Shown here: positions 27,995-37,734 of the stretch, in pieces
Position numbering within the stretch: the first letter of the stretch is position 1
Layout: every line of letters begins with the position of its first letter
Source: Gemmatimonadota bacterium
GTDB lineage: Bacteria; Gemmatimonadota; Gemmatimonadetes; Palauibacterales; Palauibacteraceae
Assembly (NCBI GenBank): GCA_039588215.1
Contig: JBDHAD010000002.1
Coordinates: 2,036-66,035, forward strand
Reading direction: 5' to 3'
DNA: 64,000 nt
Notes under the pieces: generated by a model
Told to the model about the DNA's origin: nothing
Seen by the model: the letters and a program-made list of their open reading frames with translations, nothing else
Database searches by the model: none
Made by a program: the position numbers and the translations under genes

Positions 27995-28887
27995 CGGTCA
28001 CCCACCTCGTTCCCCGCCTCCTCGGCGTCCGCCGCCAGTCGGGCCTGCTCGCGACGCTGCCACCAGCGCCACAGGAAGAGGAACGCCGCCGTGTTGAAGG
28101 CGATGCCGGCCCAACCCCGCTCCGGATCGTATTGGAGCGAAGTGGCGATCCCGAGCGCCCCGGGGGCCGTGCCGAAGCCGAACAGCGTATAGGCGAGCCC
28201 GTTCCACAGGCCGTGCGAAAGCGCGGCGACGAGAACGGATCCCGACACGAGTCTCAGGACGCCCCAGCTCATCCCGAGAAGCCACACGTTCAGCATGTGG
28301 ACAGGGAGCTGCTGGACCGGTAGTCGGTACGATGGTTCGATCAGCGCCACCGGCAGGTGCCACGCGGCGAAGGCGAAGGCGGTCCACAGGAGGATCGCCT
28401 CGGGCGCGAGCCGCGCCCGCTCGAGCGTCCCCCACAGCCACCCGCGAAAGAAGCCGTCTTCCGTGATCAGCGCCCCGAGCGTCGTAATGACGGTCATCAT
28501 CGAGACCTGTAGAGCGACGGTGCGGACCGGCGTGTCGTCGACCCGGGTCACTCCGACGGCCGTGGCCAGAAACACGATTCCCCCGACTACCAGCAACGGG
28601 TGGAGGATCGCGGTCTGATACGACCCGCGCCCACTCACGAACCCCACCTCGCGGCGGTTGAGCCCGGTCCGGCTCCAGCAGAAAGCGAGGAAGACGAGCG
28701 CGGGTAGCGAGTACAGGGTCGCGTCCCCCGTGAGGAGCTCGAGCGCCGGTGATGTTGCCAGAACGGCAACCGTGCCGGTAACAGCCCAGGCGCGCGGAGA
28801 GATGCGAGATCGCCACGGCCGTTGAGCCTCTTCGGACGACCGTTGCCGGTTATCGCCTTCCACTGAAACCTTTGCGCTCACGCCCAC
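27988..28887 (-). CDS. CPBP-family intramembrane glutamic endopeptidase (CAAX protease-like)
   Basis: Multi-TM protein. Motif 1 ITEDGFFRGWLWG, motif 2 FAFAAWH, motif 3 SHGLWNG. Confidence 0.85.
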   Translation of the reverse strand: MGVSAKVSVEGDNRQRSSEEAQRPWRSRISPRAWAVTGTVAVLATSPALELLTGDATLYSLPALVFLAFCWSRTGLNRREVGFVSGRGSYQTAILHPLLVVGGIVFLATAVGVTRVDDTPVRTVALQVSMMTVITTLGALITEDGFFRGWLWGTLERARLAPEAILLWTAFAFAAWHLPVALIEPSYRLPVQQLPVHMLNVWLLGMSWGVLRLVSGSVLVAALSHGLWNGLAYTLFGFGTAPGALGIATSLQYDPERGWAGIAFNTAAFLFLWRWWQRREQARLAADAEEAGNEVGDRQ

Positions 28888-28947
28888 GTCCTTCGTACCG
28901 TTGGCGGCGGCCTATCGAGGGCCGCCGAATGTCATTCCCAGAAATGT

Positions 28948-29289
28948 GTGCAAACCATGGACCTCGGCCTCCTGATCCCGCTGCTCGGCATCTTCTTCGT
29001 GATCGGCGTTCCGGTCATGTCGATCGCCGCCCATTTCGTGCTTCGTCCGCTGATTCGCGACCTGACGGAGGCGCTGCGCGGCGTGAAGGGCCGCGAGAAA
29101 GAGGACATGGAGCACCGTATCGGACGTCTCGAGGATGCGTTGCTCGAGCAAGGGCGTCAGCTTGACCAGTTAGTCGAGGCCGAGCTGTTCCGCCGCCGGC
29201 TCGAGGCGGGCGAGCCGCCGATTTCTGCGAAGTCGGCGACTGCCGAGGCCGCCGCGATTCCCTCGGTAACACCCCCCGTGGGCAGCTAG
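28948..29289 (+). CDS. Small single-pass membrane protein with coiled-coil tail (PspB-like architecture)
   Basis: 113 aa. N-terminal TM helix LGLLIPLLGIFFVIGVPVMSIAA, then RIGRLEDALLEQGRQLDQLVEAE. Immediately upstream of the ABC-2 operon. The true start may be ATG 28957. Confidence 0.6.
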   Translation: MQTMDLGLLIPLLGIFFVIGVPVMSIAAHFVLRPLIRDLTEALRGVKGREKEDMEHRIGRLEDALLEQGRQLDQLVEAELFRRRLEAGEPPISAKSATAEAAAIPSVTPPVGS

Positions 29290-29314
29290 TCCTGCGTCGG
29301 GGAGAGCCACTTTG

Positions 29315-30268
29315 ATGAGTTCGGATGCACACCGCGCCCCGGACGGCCTGATCATCGAGACCGCCGGGCTCACGAAGCGTTTCAGGAAGACTCTCGCCGT
29401 GGATGGCATCTCTTTCGAGGTGGAGCGAGGGCAGGTATTCGGCTTCCTGGGCCCGAACGGGAGCGGCAAGACGACCACGATCGGCATGCTCCTTGGCATC
29501 ATCAGACCGACCGGGGGCGGGTTCCGGTTGTTCGGCGGGGATTCTCCGGAGGAGATCCACTCCGCCCGGCAACGGATCGGCGCTACGCTCGAGACGCCGA
29601 ACTTCTACCCCTACCTGTCGTGCCGCGACAACCTGCGGATCGCCGCGAACGTGAAGGGAAAGGGCGCGGCGGACATCGATGAGGTTCTCGAAGTCGTCGG
29701 GTTGACCAAGCGCCGGAAGACCAAGTTCAAGGCTTGCTCGTTGGGCATGAAGCAGCGGCTCGCGCTGGCTGCCACGATGCTCGGTGACCCGGAGTTGATC
29801 ATTCTCGACGAGCCCGCGAACGGATTGGATCCGGAGGGGATGAGGGAAATCCGCCATATCATCCATGACCTGGCGGACCGCGGGAAGACGATCTTCTTGT
29901 CGAGCCACCTGCTAGGGGAGGTCGAGCGGACCTGCACCCATGTCGCGATCATTCAACTCGGACGGCTGATCCGACAGGCGAGCGTGGCCGAGATCACATC
30001 GGGCACCGTGAGCGTCGGGCTGCGCGCGGGAGACGACCTCGGTGCCCTCGAGACGATCGCGGGCGAGTACCCGCGGGCCGTCTCGGTCAGGGTGCATGAA
30101 GACAGGGTCATCGTGGAGCTGGAGGAGGATGACTTCGCGTCGCTAAACCGGTTTGTGGCTGGACGCGGAGTCTATCTGTCATACCTCGCGCGCGAGCAGC
30201 GGACCCTGGAGGACGTGTTCATGGAAGTCACCGGCGCGACCGAATCCGGGTTCGGCGAGGTCCAGTGA
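29315..30268 (+). CDS. ABC transporter ATP-binding protein (ABC-2 / DrrA-like)
   Basis: Walker A GPNGSGKTT, signature CSLGMKQRLALA, Walker B LIILDEPANGLD. ATG 29315 is preceded by GGGGAGAG. Confidence 0.9.
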   Translation: MSSDAHRAPDGLIIETAGLTKRFRKTLAVDGISFEVERGQVFGFLGPNGSGKTTTIGMLLGIIRPTGGGFRLFGGDSPEEIHSARQRIGATLETPNFYPYLSCRDNLRIAANVKGKGAADIDEVLEVVGLTKRRKTKFKACSLGMKQRLALAATMLGDPELIILDEPANGLDPEGMREIRHIIHDLADRGKTIFLSSHLLGEVERTCTHVAIIQLGRLIRQASVAEITSGTVSVGLRAGDDLGALETIAGEYPRAVSVRVHEDRVIVELEEDDFASLNRFVAGRGVYLSYLAREQRTLEDVFMEVTGATESGFGEVQ

Positions 30269-31098
30269 GCACGACAGCCGTCCTCCTGCGGAACGAGACG
30301 CTCAAGCTGCGAAAGCGTCTCGCTTTTTGGGTCACCATGGGATTCTTCGCCTTCATTCAGGTGGTGTCGTACGGCGAGGAGTACTTCGACGCGCGCAAGG
30401 ATCCGGAAGAGACCTTCGCCCTCCCCGCGGCCTGGTCTCAGATCATGAGCGACGAGTCCATGATCAGCGTCATCTTCGGTGCCGTCGTCCTCATCCTCCT
30501 CGTGAGTACCGAGTTTACTTGGCGGACGGCCAGACAGAATGTCATCGACGGCCTCTCGAAGACCGAGTGGTTCTGGGGAAAGGCCGCCCTGCTCCCGATC
30601 GTCGGCGCGATCTTCATCCTCTCTCAGATCGTTATCGGGGGAGGGTCCGCGTTGGCTGGCACGGACCTGGCCGCGATGCAGGGTGCGATCGTGGGAGCCA
30701 CCTTCTTCCAGGCTCTGGGAGGGTTCTTCCTGGCCTTCTTCGTCATGGGGAGCCTGGCGCTCGCGGTCGCGCTCGCGATTCGCTCGTCCGGGGCGGCCAT
30801 GGCCGCCTGGTTCGCCTGGATCGGGTTTGGCGAGCGTTTGGTCGCGCTTGGCCTGGGTCGCCTCTTCGAGGGGCTGCGAACGGCCCTCGGATACTTGCCT
30901 TTTGGCACTTCGCTCAAGCTCCTGGACTACGACGCGTTCGACCCGGCGGCGTATCAACGGGCCGTCGAGGCGGCGGAGGCGGCCGGACGCGCGGTGTCCG
31001 ACCCTGTCGCGGTTGGCACGGCGTCACTCGTGGCGGTCGGTTGGATCGTCCTGTTCGTTGGGGTCTCGTATGTGTGGTTCCGCAGAAGGGACCTCTAA
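30265..31098 (+). CDS. ABC-2-type transporter permease
   Basis: GTG 30265 overlaps the ATPase stop (GTGA). 277 aa with about six hydrophobic helices. Confidence 0.8.
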   Translation: MSTTAVLLRNETLKLRKRLAFWVTMGFFAFIQVVSYGEEYFDARKDPEETFALPAAWSQIMSDESMISVIFGAVVLILLVSTEFTWRTARQNVIDGLSKTEWFWGKAALLPIVGAIFILSQIVIGGGSALAGTDLAAMQGAIVGATFFQALGGFFLAFFVMGSLALAVALAIRSSGAAMAAWFAWIGFGERLVALGLGRLFEGLRTALGYLPFGTSLKLLDYDAFDPAAYQRAVEAAEAAGRAVSDPVAVGTASLVAVGWIVLFVGVSYVWFRRRDL

Positions 31099-31315
31099 GC
31101 GCCCGGGCCTAGGCCTCGAGGGTGGTTTCGGGCCGCGAGGGCGGCCCCGTCGGGGGCTCGGATCTCGGCCCTGCGCGGCCTCTGACCTCGGCCAGGCTCT
31201 GGGCCTTGATCTCGGCCTGGTAGGTTCCCGAGACTACCTACCATGAGCTCGTCCCTTACGCGGCCTTATCACCACGGCCACGTCGCACGACAGTGACCTC
31301 TGCCAGGAGCCGGCC

Positions 31316-32587
31316 ATGACGGATCACGGGGAACAGCTGAGAAGCCGGCGAGCCTTCCTCAGGTTTCTAGCCGGCAGCCCTCTTCTCGCGTCTTTGGGTC
31401 TGACTGCGTGCATGCGGGAGACGGGTACTGCCGGGTTCGGGGCGTCCACCGGCTCGGGACAGGGCGGCGCCGGAGCTCTTGATGGTCTCCTTGGCGAGGC
31501 TATCTCCTCGGCGGCTCGCGCGCTCGACGTATTCGATTTCAAGACCGCCGCGGCGCAAAGACTCCCACCGGCTCACTACGGGTACCTGGCCACGGGCGTC
31601 GATGGAGAGGCCACGTTGCGCGCCAACCGAGAGGGCTTCGAGCGGCTCTTTCTGCGACCTCGCCGCCTCGTCGATGTCACCGAGTTGGACACGACCACGA
31701 CCCTGTTCGGGGTGGATTGGGAAACCCCGATCGTGCTCGCTCCGGCGGGGAGTCAGCGTGCCTTCCACCCCGATGCGGAGTTGGCGAGCGCCAGGGCGGC
31801 GCGAGCCAAGCGCCACCTGCAAATACTCTCGACGGTGACCTCCACACCCGTCGAGGATGTCGTGGATGCTCGGGGTGAGCCGGTCTGGTATCAGCTCTAC
31901 CCGACCTCACGTTGGCCGGTTACTCAGGCTCTGTTGAGGCGGGTGGAGGACGCGGGGTGCCCGGTCGTGGCCCTGACCGTGGATATGCCGGCCCCCAGCA
32001 ATCGAGAAACGGTCGAACGATACCGTCGCCTGGACGACCGCGATTGTACGGCCTGTCATCCGGCGCCCGATGTGGCAATGCGGAACAAGCCGATGTACAG
32101 GGGCACGGAGATGACGGGGGTCGCCGACTTCTTTGCCTCCGGGCTCACCTGGGACTTCGTCGCTCGCTTGAGGGACGCCACGGACATGAAGGTGGTCCTG
32201 AAGGGGATCGTGACGAGGGAGGACGCGGGGCGGTGTCTGGAGAACGGCGTCGACGGGATCATCGTATCGAACCATGGTGGCCGAGCGGAGGAGAGCGGCA
32301 GAGGGACCATCGAGAGCCTGCCCGAGGTCGTCGAGGCTGTGGGTGGAGCGATCCCGATCATGATCGACGGCGGCTTCCGCCGCGGAACCGATGTGTTCAA
32401 GGCCCTGGCTCTCGGGGCCAATGCCATCTGCATTGGGCGGCCCTACCTGTGGGGTCTCGGCGCGTTCGGGCAGCCGGGGGTCGAGAAGGTGCTCGACATC
32501 TTACGCGCGGAGCTGGAGACCGTGATGCGACTCATGGGGGCTCCCACGCTAAAGGGGATCGGATCATCGTTCGTCGGAGAAACATGA
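31316..32587 (+). CDS. FMN-dependent alpha-hydroxy-acid oxidase/dehydrogenase with N-terminal twin-arginine (Tat) signal
   Basis: 423 aa. N-terminus QLRSRRAFLRFLAGSPLLASLGLTAC (Tat motif SRRxFL plus a possible lipobox). The core has family blocks: LRANREGFERL.LRPR, PIVLAPAG, ILSTVTS, WYQLY, LTVD, VLKGI, GIIVSNHGGR, IMIDGGFRRGTDVFKALALGA. Confidence 0.9.
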   Translation: MTDHGEQLRSRRAFLRFLAGSPLLASLGLTACMRETGTAGFGASTGSGQGGAGALDGLLGEAISSAARALDVFDFKTAAAQRLPPAHYGYLATGVDGEATLRANREGFERLFLRPRRLVDVTELDTTTTLFGVDWETPIVLAPAGSQRAFHPDAELASARAARAKRHLQILSTVTSTPVEDVVDARGEPVWYQLYPTSRWPVTQALLRRVEDAGCPVVALTVDMPAPSNRETVERYRRLDDRDCTACHPAPDVAMRNKPMYRGTEMTGVADFFASGLTWDFVARLRDATDMKVVLKGIVTREDAGRCLENGVDGIIVSNHGGRAEESGRGTIESLPEVVEAVGGAIPIMIDGGFRRGTDVFKALALGANAICIGRPYLWGLGAFGQPGVEKVLDILRAELETVMRLMGAPTLKGIGSSFVGET

Positions 32588-32606
32588 CGCGCGGAAGCCG
32601 GATCTG

Positions 32607-33374
32607 ATGACGTCCCGATCACGAGTCCGGGCCGTCCTCTTCGGAGCGTCGGTCGTCGTGGCGGGTTGTTCCACTCCGCCTCCAGCCGGAGACTCGGAGA
32701 CCGTTATCCTCGTCCATGGCCTCGGACGGACCTGGGCGTCGATGGCACTGCTCGGCGCGAGACTGCGGGCGGCCGGCTTCCACACCGTCAACGTGGCGTA
32801 TTCCTCCAACCGCAGGACGATGGAGGAGCTCGTCGCGGAGCTGGGAAACCGCGTCGAGGAGTGTTGCGCCGGAACGCCCAATGTGCACTTCGTAACTCAC
32901 TCCATGGGTGGGATCCTCGTTCGCATGTATCTGGCCGAGCACTCCCCGGAGCACGAGGGGCGGGTGGTGATGCTAAGTCCGCCGAGTCAGGGGAGCGAGG
33001 TCGTCGATGCGCTGCCGGACTCGCCTCTGCGCCGCCTGCTGCTCGGGCCGGCGGGGTCGCGGCTCGGTACCGATAGTCTGAGCGTACCGAGCCGATTGGG
33101 GCCCGCGGAATTCGAGCTCGGGATCATCACGGGGAACCGCACGCTGAACCCGCTCACATCGTGGCTGATTCCCGGCCCGGACGACGGCAAGGTCGGCATC
33201 GATCGAGCACGGGTCGAAGGGGCGGCCTTCCTGGTGGTGCCCCATACGCACACTTTTATCATGAACACCAGAGTCGTGGCCGAAGAGTCCGAGCACTTCC
33301 TGCGCACGGGGCATTTCTCTCGAGGCGGTCCGGGAGGACCGATCGTACCGGACGCCGCGAGGTCGATGCGCTAA
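32607..33374 (+). CDS. Alpha/beta hydrolase lipoprotein (lipase/esterase-like, PGAP1/DUF676-type)
   Basis: Lipobox VVVAGCS. VILVHGLG oxyanion region. Nucleophile elbow THSMGG. Late HTH likely supplies the catalytic His. Confidence 0.8.
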   Translation: MTSRSRVRAVLFGASVVVAGCSTPPPAGDSETVILVHGLGRTWASMALLGARLRAAGFHTVNVAYSSNRRTMEELVAELGNRVEECCAGTPNVHFVTHSMGGILVRMYLAEHSPEHEGRVVMLSPPSQGSEVVDALPDSPLRRLLLGPAGSRLGTDSLSVPSRLGPAEFELGIITGNRTLNPLTSWLIPGPDDGKVGIDRARVEGAAFLVVPHTHTFIMNTRVVAEESEHFLRTGHFSRGGPGGPIVPDAARSMR

Positions 33375-33441
33375 TCAACGGCCTGAAGGCGCCGCCACGA
33401 ACCAGACCACAGCAAACCCAAACAGAGCGAGAGAATCACGC

Positions 33442-34623
33442 ATGTCGCTCCTCCGTTACGTACCCCCGATGGGCATCTACGAGACGCTGTACGCGTTCCT
33501 GGACTCGTTCGGCACCTACATGGGCGAGCCGGGGACCCACCCCTGGAGCCAGGGGTTTCCGCGCACGGCCCGTCTGCCGGACGGGCCGGAGATTCCTTCC
33601 TCGGTGACGGTGACCCCGGATCACCTCAGGTACCCCAAAGCCTGGGGCATGCCGGCGCTTCGCGAGGCGATTGCGGCGTATTACCGGCGGTTTTACGGGG
33701 CGGAGATCGAGTCGGAGAACGTTATGGTGTTCGCGGGCGGCAGACCCGGGATCGTCGCGGTGCTTCTGTTCTTGGACCCCGATGTCACGGTTCGCGTAGC
33801 GTCCACCGAGTATACGCCGTACTACGACATGCTCGGATTACTGAAGCGTCCGTTCGCAGTGGTGCCTAGCGATGCGGACAACGGGTTCCGACCGCCCATC
33901 GAGACCTACACCGAGGCCCCCAAAAGCGGCCGGTCGCTGATACTCATCAGCAACCCGTGCAACCCGACGGGGATCACCCGCGAGGACGTCGAGCTAGAAG
34001 CTCTCGTCCAGGCGGCGTCTCGGGAGGACACGGGGCTCCTCATCGATGAAGCGTACGAGCTCTTCCATGACGAGCCGGTGAGCGCCCTGCGGTACGTGCG
34101 GAACATCGACGAGTCGAACCTGTTCATAGCCGGGGCCGCGACCAAGGGTCTGCAGGCCCCTGGGATCCGCATCGGCTGGGTGGTCACCGCCCGGCGTCAC
34201 ATCGAGATCCTGGGGAACTTCTCTTCCTTCGGCATGGGCGGGGTCTCACACCCGTCTCAGTGCTTCGCGCTCGAGCTCCTCGACGGTGAGCGGATGGCGC
34301 ACGTCAGGCGAGCGGTGCCCGCATTCTACGGCGACCAGCGGGCGCGCTACGGAGAGGCGTTCGAGCGGCTCGGTCTGGCGCTGTTCTCGGGAGACGGCGG
34401 TTTCTACCACTGGTGCCGGCTGCCAGAGGGGCACACCGCGGAGGCGTTGAACGAGCGGCTGTTTCGGGAGGGTGCGGCCGTCCTCAAAGGTACGGATTGC
34501 GACATGCTGAGGCTGGGTGCCGAGTCACCCCTTCGTGATTTCTTCAGGTTCTCGTTCGGGCCTCTCGATCCCGAGTCGTTCGAATCGGATATCGAGATCC
34601 TCAGGCGCGCGCTGGAGGCGTAG
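33442..34623 (+). CDS. PLP-dependent aminotransferase, class I/II
   Basis: 393 aa. ISNPCNPTG block, DEAYE, and the PLP-lysine region AATKGLQAPGIRIGW. Confidence 0.9.
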   Translation: MSLLRYVPPMGIYETLYAFLDSFGTYMGEPGTHPWSQGFPRTARLPDGPEIPSSVTVTPDHLRYPKAWGMPALREAIAAYYRRFYGAEIESENVMVFAGGRPGIVAVLLFLDPDVTVRVASTEYTPYYDMLGLLKRPFAVVPSDADNGFRPPIETYTEAPKSGRSLILISNPCNPTGITREDVELEALVQAASREDTGLLIDEAYELFHDEPVSALRYVRNIDESNLFIAGAATKGLQAPGIRIGWVVTARRHIEILGNFSSFGMGGVSHPSQCFALELLDGERMAHVRRAVPAFYGDQRARYGEAFERLGLALFSGDGGFYHWCRLPEGHTAEALNERLFREGAAVLKGTDCDMLRLGAESPLRDFFRFSFGPLDPESFESDIEILRRALEA

Positions 34624-34640
34624 GATGGTGTGAGTAACGG

Positions 34641-36140
34641 TCAGCGATATCGGATCACGTCCCGGTACAGGTCGGCCCCGGTGCCGATCGCGTCGTCGTT
34701 GCTCGAGGCATCGGCCAGACGCTGAAGCAGGCCAGCCTCGAGCCCCTGCGCAGCGAGCGGGTCTACTTCCGCCGCCAGATCGATGGCGTGCGCCGCGTAC
34801 CGCAGGACCTGAGCGGGCGCGAGACCACCGATGTCGTCGAAGAACCAGGCGCAGGAAGTGAACATCCGGAGCGCGTCACGCTCCATCTCGAGGAGCGTAC
34901 CCGCGCGAGTAGAAAGCCCGTCGGTCTCCCCCGGACGCCTCGCGACCGCCCGGCGGACGAACGCCTCCCGGTTGTCCGCGTCCGCGCGCACGACCTCGCC
35001 ATACCCATCGCGAACACCCCATGGCTCGCCGAACAGCGCTTCCCCGGCGTTCGCGTACAGGTCATGTAGCTCCCGCGCCAGTCGTTCGAGCGCGTCACGA
35101 AGCGGTGTGCGCCAGCTTTGCTGGCTCTCCGCCTCAGGCGCCGTCTTGCAGCCACAATCAGACCGCCAGCGCTCGACGCCGTGCGCGCAGCTCCAGGATG
35201 TGGGCTCCCGTAACCGTATCTCGTGCATGGCCGGTTGGCGCGCGAGGAACGCGGCAAAGTTGTCGACGCGCACGTCCCGTCGAGCCTCGAGCGCGGTGAT
35301 CACCCCCGCGAGGGCCAGGTCGCCGAACTCGTGGTGATGCCCGTACGTCTCACCGTCCGTGGCCAGCGTGACCAGGCGGCCAGGCATCGCGGCCCCGTTG
35401 CTTGGCGCCATGCGTTCTGCCCACGCCTCCGCATCGCGCAGCGATTCTCCAAACGCGACCCCGTGCGACATCTCGCCGTCGTACACGAACACGGCGATGG
35501 AGCCTCCTCCCTCCGTGCGCACGAATCCGGGCAGCCCATCGGGCGGTGGTTCCTCCACCTGGTGCGGGGCCAAGATGGTGAACGCGATTCCTTCCGCGGC
35601 CAGGACGTCGAGGGTCTCCGAGTCGACCGCTGTTTCGGGGAGCCACATCCCCGTCGGAGTGCGCCCGAAGCGTCGCTCGAAATCTGCAATCCCCCACCGG
35701 ACCTCGGTCTGCTTGTCCCGGCGCGAGGCTAGCGGGAGGATCACGTGGTGGTAGGGCTGCGCGATCGCGTTGCCGTGGCCATTGGCTCGAGCACGGCTGC
35801 GACGGTCCGCATCGAGCACCAGCCCGTAGGTTTCAGGGGCCGCGCGCTGCAGCCACTGGAGGAGGGTCGGGCCGAAGTCGAAGCTGATCCACTCGAGCGC
35901 GTTCAGGCGGTGGGCGATGTTCCCATCGGATGCGAGTACGCGCGCTCGAGTAACGGGCTCGTAGCACTCATCCGTGATCCGTTCGTTCCAGTCGTGGAAG
36001 GGGTCGGCGGAGAGCTCCCGGGGTACCTCGCCGGTCCAGGGATCCTCGCGCGGTGGCTGATAGAAGTGGCCGTGGATAACGACCGAGTGTCGTGGGATAG
36101 TCACGCGTTCCGCCGTACCTCCCGGGGGGAGATCACTCAT
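34641..36140 (-). CDS. Glycoside hydrolase family 57 protein with DUF3536-like C-terminal domain
   Basis: Start moved to ATG 36140 (GGAGGGG 5 nt upstream). IHGHFYQPPRE, WLPE, and DGETYGHH (GH57 catalytic region). C-terminus ..FTSCAWFFDDIGG.. is typical of DUF3536. Confidence 0.85.
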   Translation of the reverse strand: MSDLPPGGTAERVTIPRHSVVIHGHFYQPPREDPWTGEVPRELSADPFHDWNERITDECYEPVTRARVLASDGNIAHRLNALEWISFDFGPTLLQWLQRAAPETYGLVLDADRRSRARANGHGNAIAQPYHHVILPLASRRDKQTEVRWGIADFERRFGRTPTGMWLPETAVDSETLDVLAAEGIAFTILAPHQVEEPPPDGLPGFVRTEGGGSIAVFVYDGEMSHGVAFGESLRDAEAWAERMAPSNGAAMPGRLVTLATDGETYGHHHEFGDLALAGVITALEARRDVRVDNFAAFLARQPAMHEIRLREPTSWSCAHGVERWRSDCGCKTAPEAESQQSWRTPLRDALERLARELHDLYANAGEALFGEPWGVRDGYGEVVRADADNREAFVRRAVARRPGETDGLSTRAGTLLEMERDALRMFTSCAWFFDDIGGLAPAQVLRYAAHAIDLAAEVDPLAAQGLEAGLLQRLADASSNDDAIGTGADLYRDVIRYR

Positions 36141-36163
36141 GACGCCCCTCCGACACCACCCGT

Positions 36164-37681
36164 TCAGGAGTTGGGAATGTGTGCGGCCAGGGCCCGCCGA
36201 TACACATCCAGGTACCGTTGGGCGGAGCTCTCCCACCCGAAGTCGCGACTCATGGCCTCGGCCATGTGCTCCTCCCAGGCGTCTGGCTCGCTCCGGTACA
36301 GGTTCGTCCCTCGCGACATGGCGGTGAAAAGCCCATCCGTGGTGTATTCGTCGAACAGAAAGCCGGTCACCTGGTCTTCGATGGTGTCGGCGAGCCCGCC
36401 CACGCGACGTGCCACCGGGATCGTACCGTACCGCTGGGCCCGCATCTGGGTGAGCCCGCACGGCTCGTATTGCGAGGGCATCAAGAGCAGGTCCGCCCCC
36501 GCGAGCAGGCGATGCTCTTTTGGCTCCTGAAAGTCGGTGTCGACGATGACCCGGTCAGGGATCGCGGCCGCGATCTCGCGCAAGGCATGCTCGTACCGCC
36601 CATCCCCGGCACCGAGGAAGATGAACTGCGCCTCCGCACGGTACAGGAGGTCCTCCCCGAGGATCAGGTCGAGACCCTTCTGTTGCACGAGGCGAGCGGT
36701 CATACCGAACAGCGGCATTCGCGGGTACTCCGGGAGACCATATGCCCGCTGCAGGGCCTGCTTGCAGCGAACCTTTCCCGAGAGGTCGAACCTCGAGTAG
36801 GGTGCGGCGATCTCGGGGTCTTTCTCCGTATCCCATACGTCGAGATCGATACCGTTCCGGATCCCGACAAATCGGTCCTGGAGCCCGATGAAAGAGTGGT
36901 GAAGCCCGAAACCGCCGGCCGGGGTCCGGAGCTCGTGTGCGTGGGTCGGACTGACCGTCGTCGCATAATCGCTGAACACGAGCGCGCCCTTGAGCCAGTT
37001 CACGTGCCCGTACCACTCGAGCCAGCGCCAGTGGAACAGCTGTTGGGGGAGCCCCACCTCGGCCAAGACGCGCGGCTCGAAGTGGCCCTGGTACCCTGCG
37101 TTGTGCACGGAGATCACAGCGGCCATCCGGTCAAACTCCGGCTTGCCCGCGAACTTCGTGCGCAGATAGACCGGGGCGAGTGCCGTGTGCCAGTCGTGGG
37201 CATGCACGACCACGGGGACATTCGCCAACTCCGGAAGCACCTGGAGCGCGGCGAGGTTGTAAAAAGCGAACCGCCTCGAGTTGTCTGGATAATCGCCGTT
37301 GTCCCCGTAGATGCCATCGCGACCGAAGTGCTCCTCATTCTCGATGAAGAGAACCCTGGGGTTCTGCGGCGGTCCCTGCGGCTGGTGTACCCTCGCCTCC
37401 TCGAGTCTCGAGCCGACCTGGACGTAATAGGGATCGTGTGCGGGCTCCAGATCGGGATAGGCCTCGCGAACCGAGCGGTACAGCGGCATGAACACCGTGA
37501 CGGGTGTCCCATGAGCCGCCTGGAAGGTGGCGATGCCGCGCACGGCTTCGGCCAGTCCCCCGGTGCGGGCGTACGGCCAGTATTCGGCGACGAGATGTAC
37601 GACCGCCAATTCCTCGGCTGGGCGAGGTTCCGGGATATGCATGGGTCGCTGTGGCTTGGCGATCGTCCTCATGCTCGGCAT
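36164..37681 (-). CDS. glgA: Glycogen/starch synthase (GT5)
   Basis: 505 aa. E.WPYARTGGLAEAV (K/RTGGL motif), HDWHTA, FLGAGD, PSQYEPCGLTQM. Confidence 0.9.
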   Translation of the reverse strand: MPSMRTIAKPQRPMHIPEPRPAEELAVVHLVAEYWPYARTGGLAEAVRGIATFQAAHGTPVTVFMPLYRSVREAYPDLEPAHDPYYVQVGSRLEEARVHQPQGPPQNPRVLFIENEEHFGRDGIYGDNGDYPDNSRRFAFYNLAALQVLPELANVPVVVHAHDWHTALAPVYLRTKFAGKPEFDRMAAVISVHNAGYQGHFEPRVLAEVGLPQQLFHWRWLEWYGHVNWLKGALVFSDYATTVSPTHAHELRTPAGGFGLHHSFIGLQDRFVGIRNGIDLDVWDTEKDPEIAAPYSRFDLSGKVRCKQALQRAYGLPEYPRMPLFGMTARLVQQKGLDLILGEDLLYRAEAQFIFLGAGDGRYEHALREIAAAIPDRVIVDTDFQEPKEHRLLAGADLLLMPSQYEPCGLTQMRAQRYGTIPVARRVGGLADTIEDQVTGFLFDEYTTDGLFTAMSRGTNLYRSEPDAWEEHMAEAMSRDFGWESSAQRYLDVYRRALAAHIPNS

Positions 37682-37734
37682 ACTACCCTGGGCCGCGCGC
37701 TCGCGCGCAGTTCATGTGTCTCGTGGCGCAAGAG

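Noticed and set aside
31150-31250. Short direct repeat GATCTCGGCC (two copies) and a 7-bp hairpin (GGTAGGT..ACCTACC) upstream of the Tat-oxidase gene.
   Set aside because: The stems and repeats are short and within chance expectation for GC-rich DNA, and I saw no recognisable riboswitch-like architecture.
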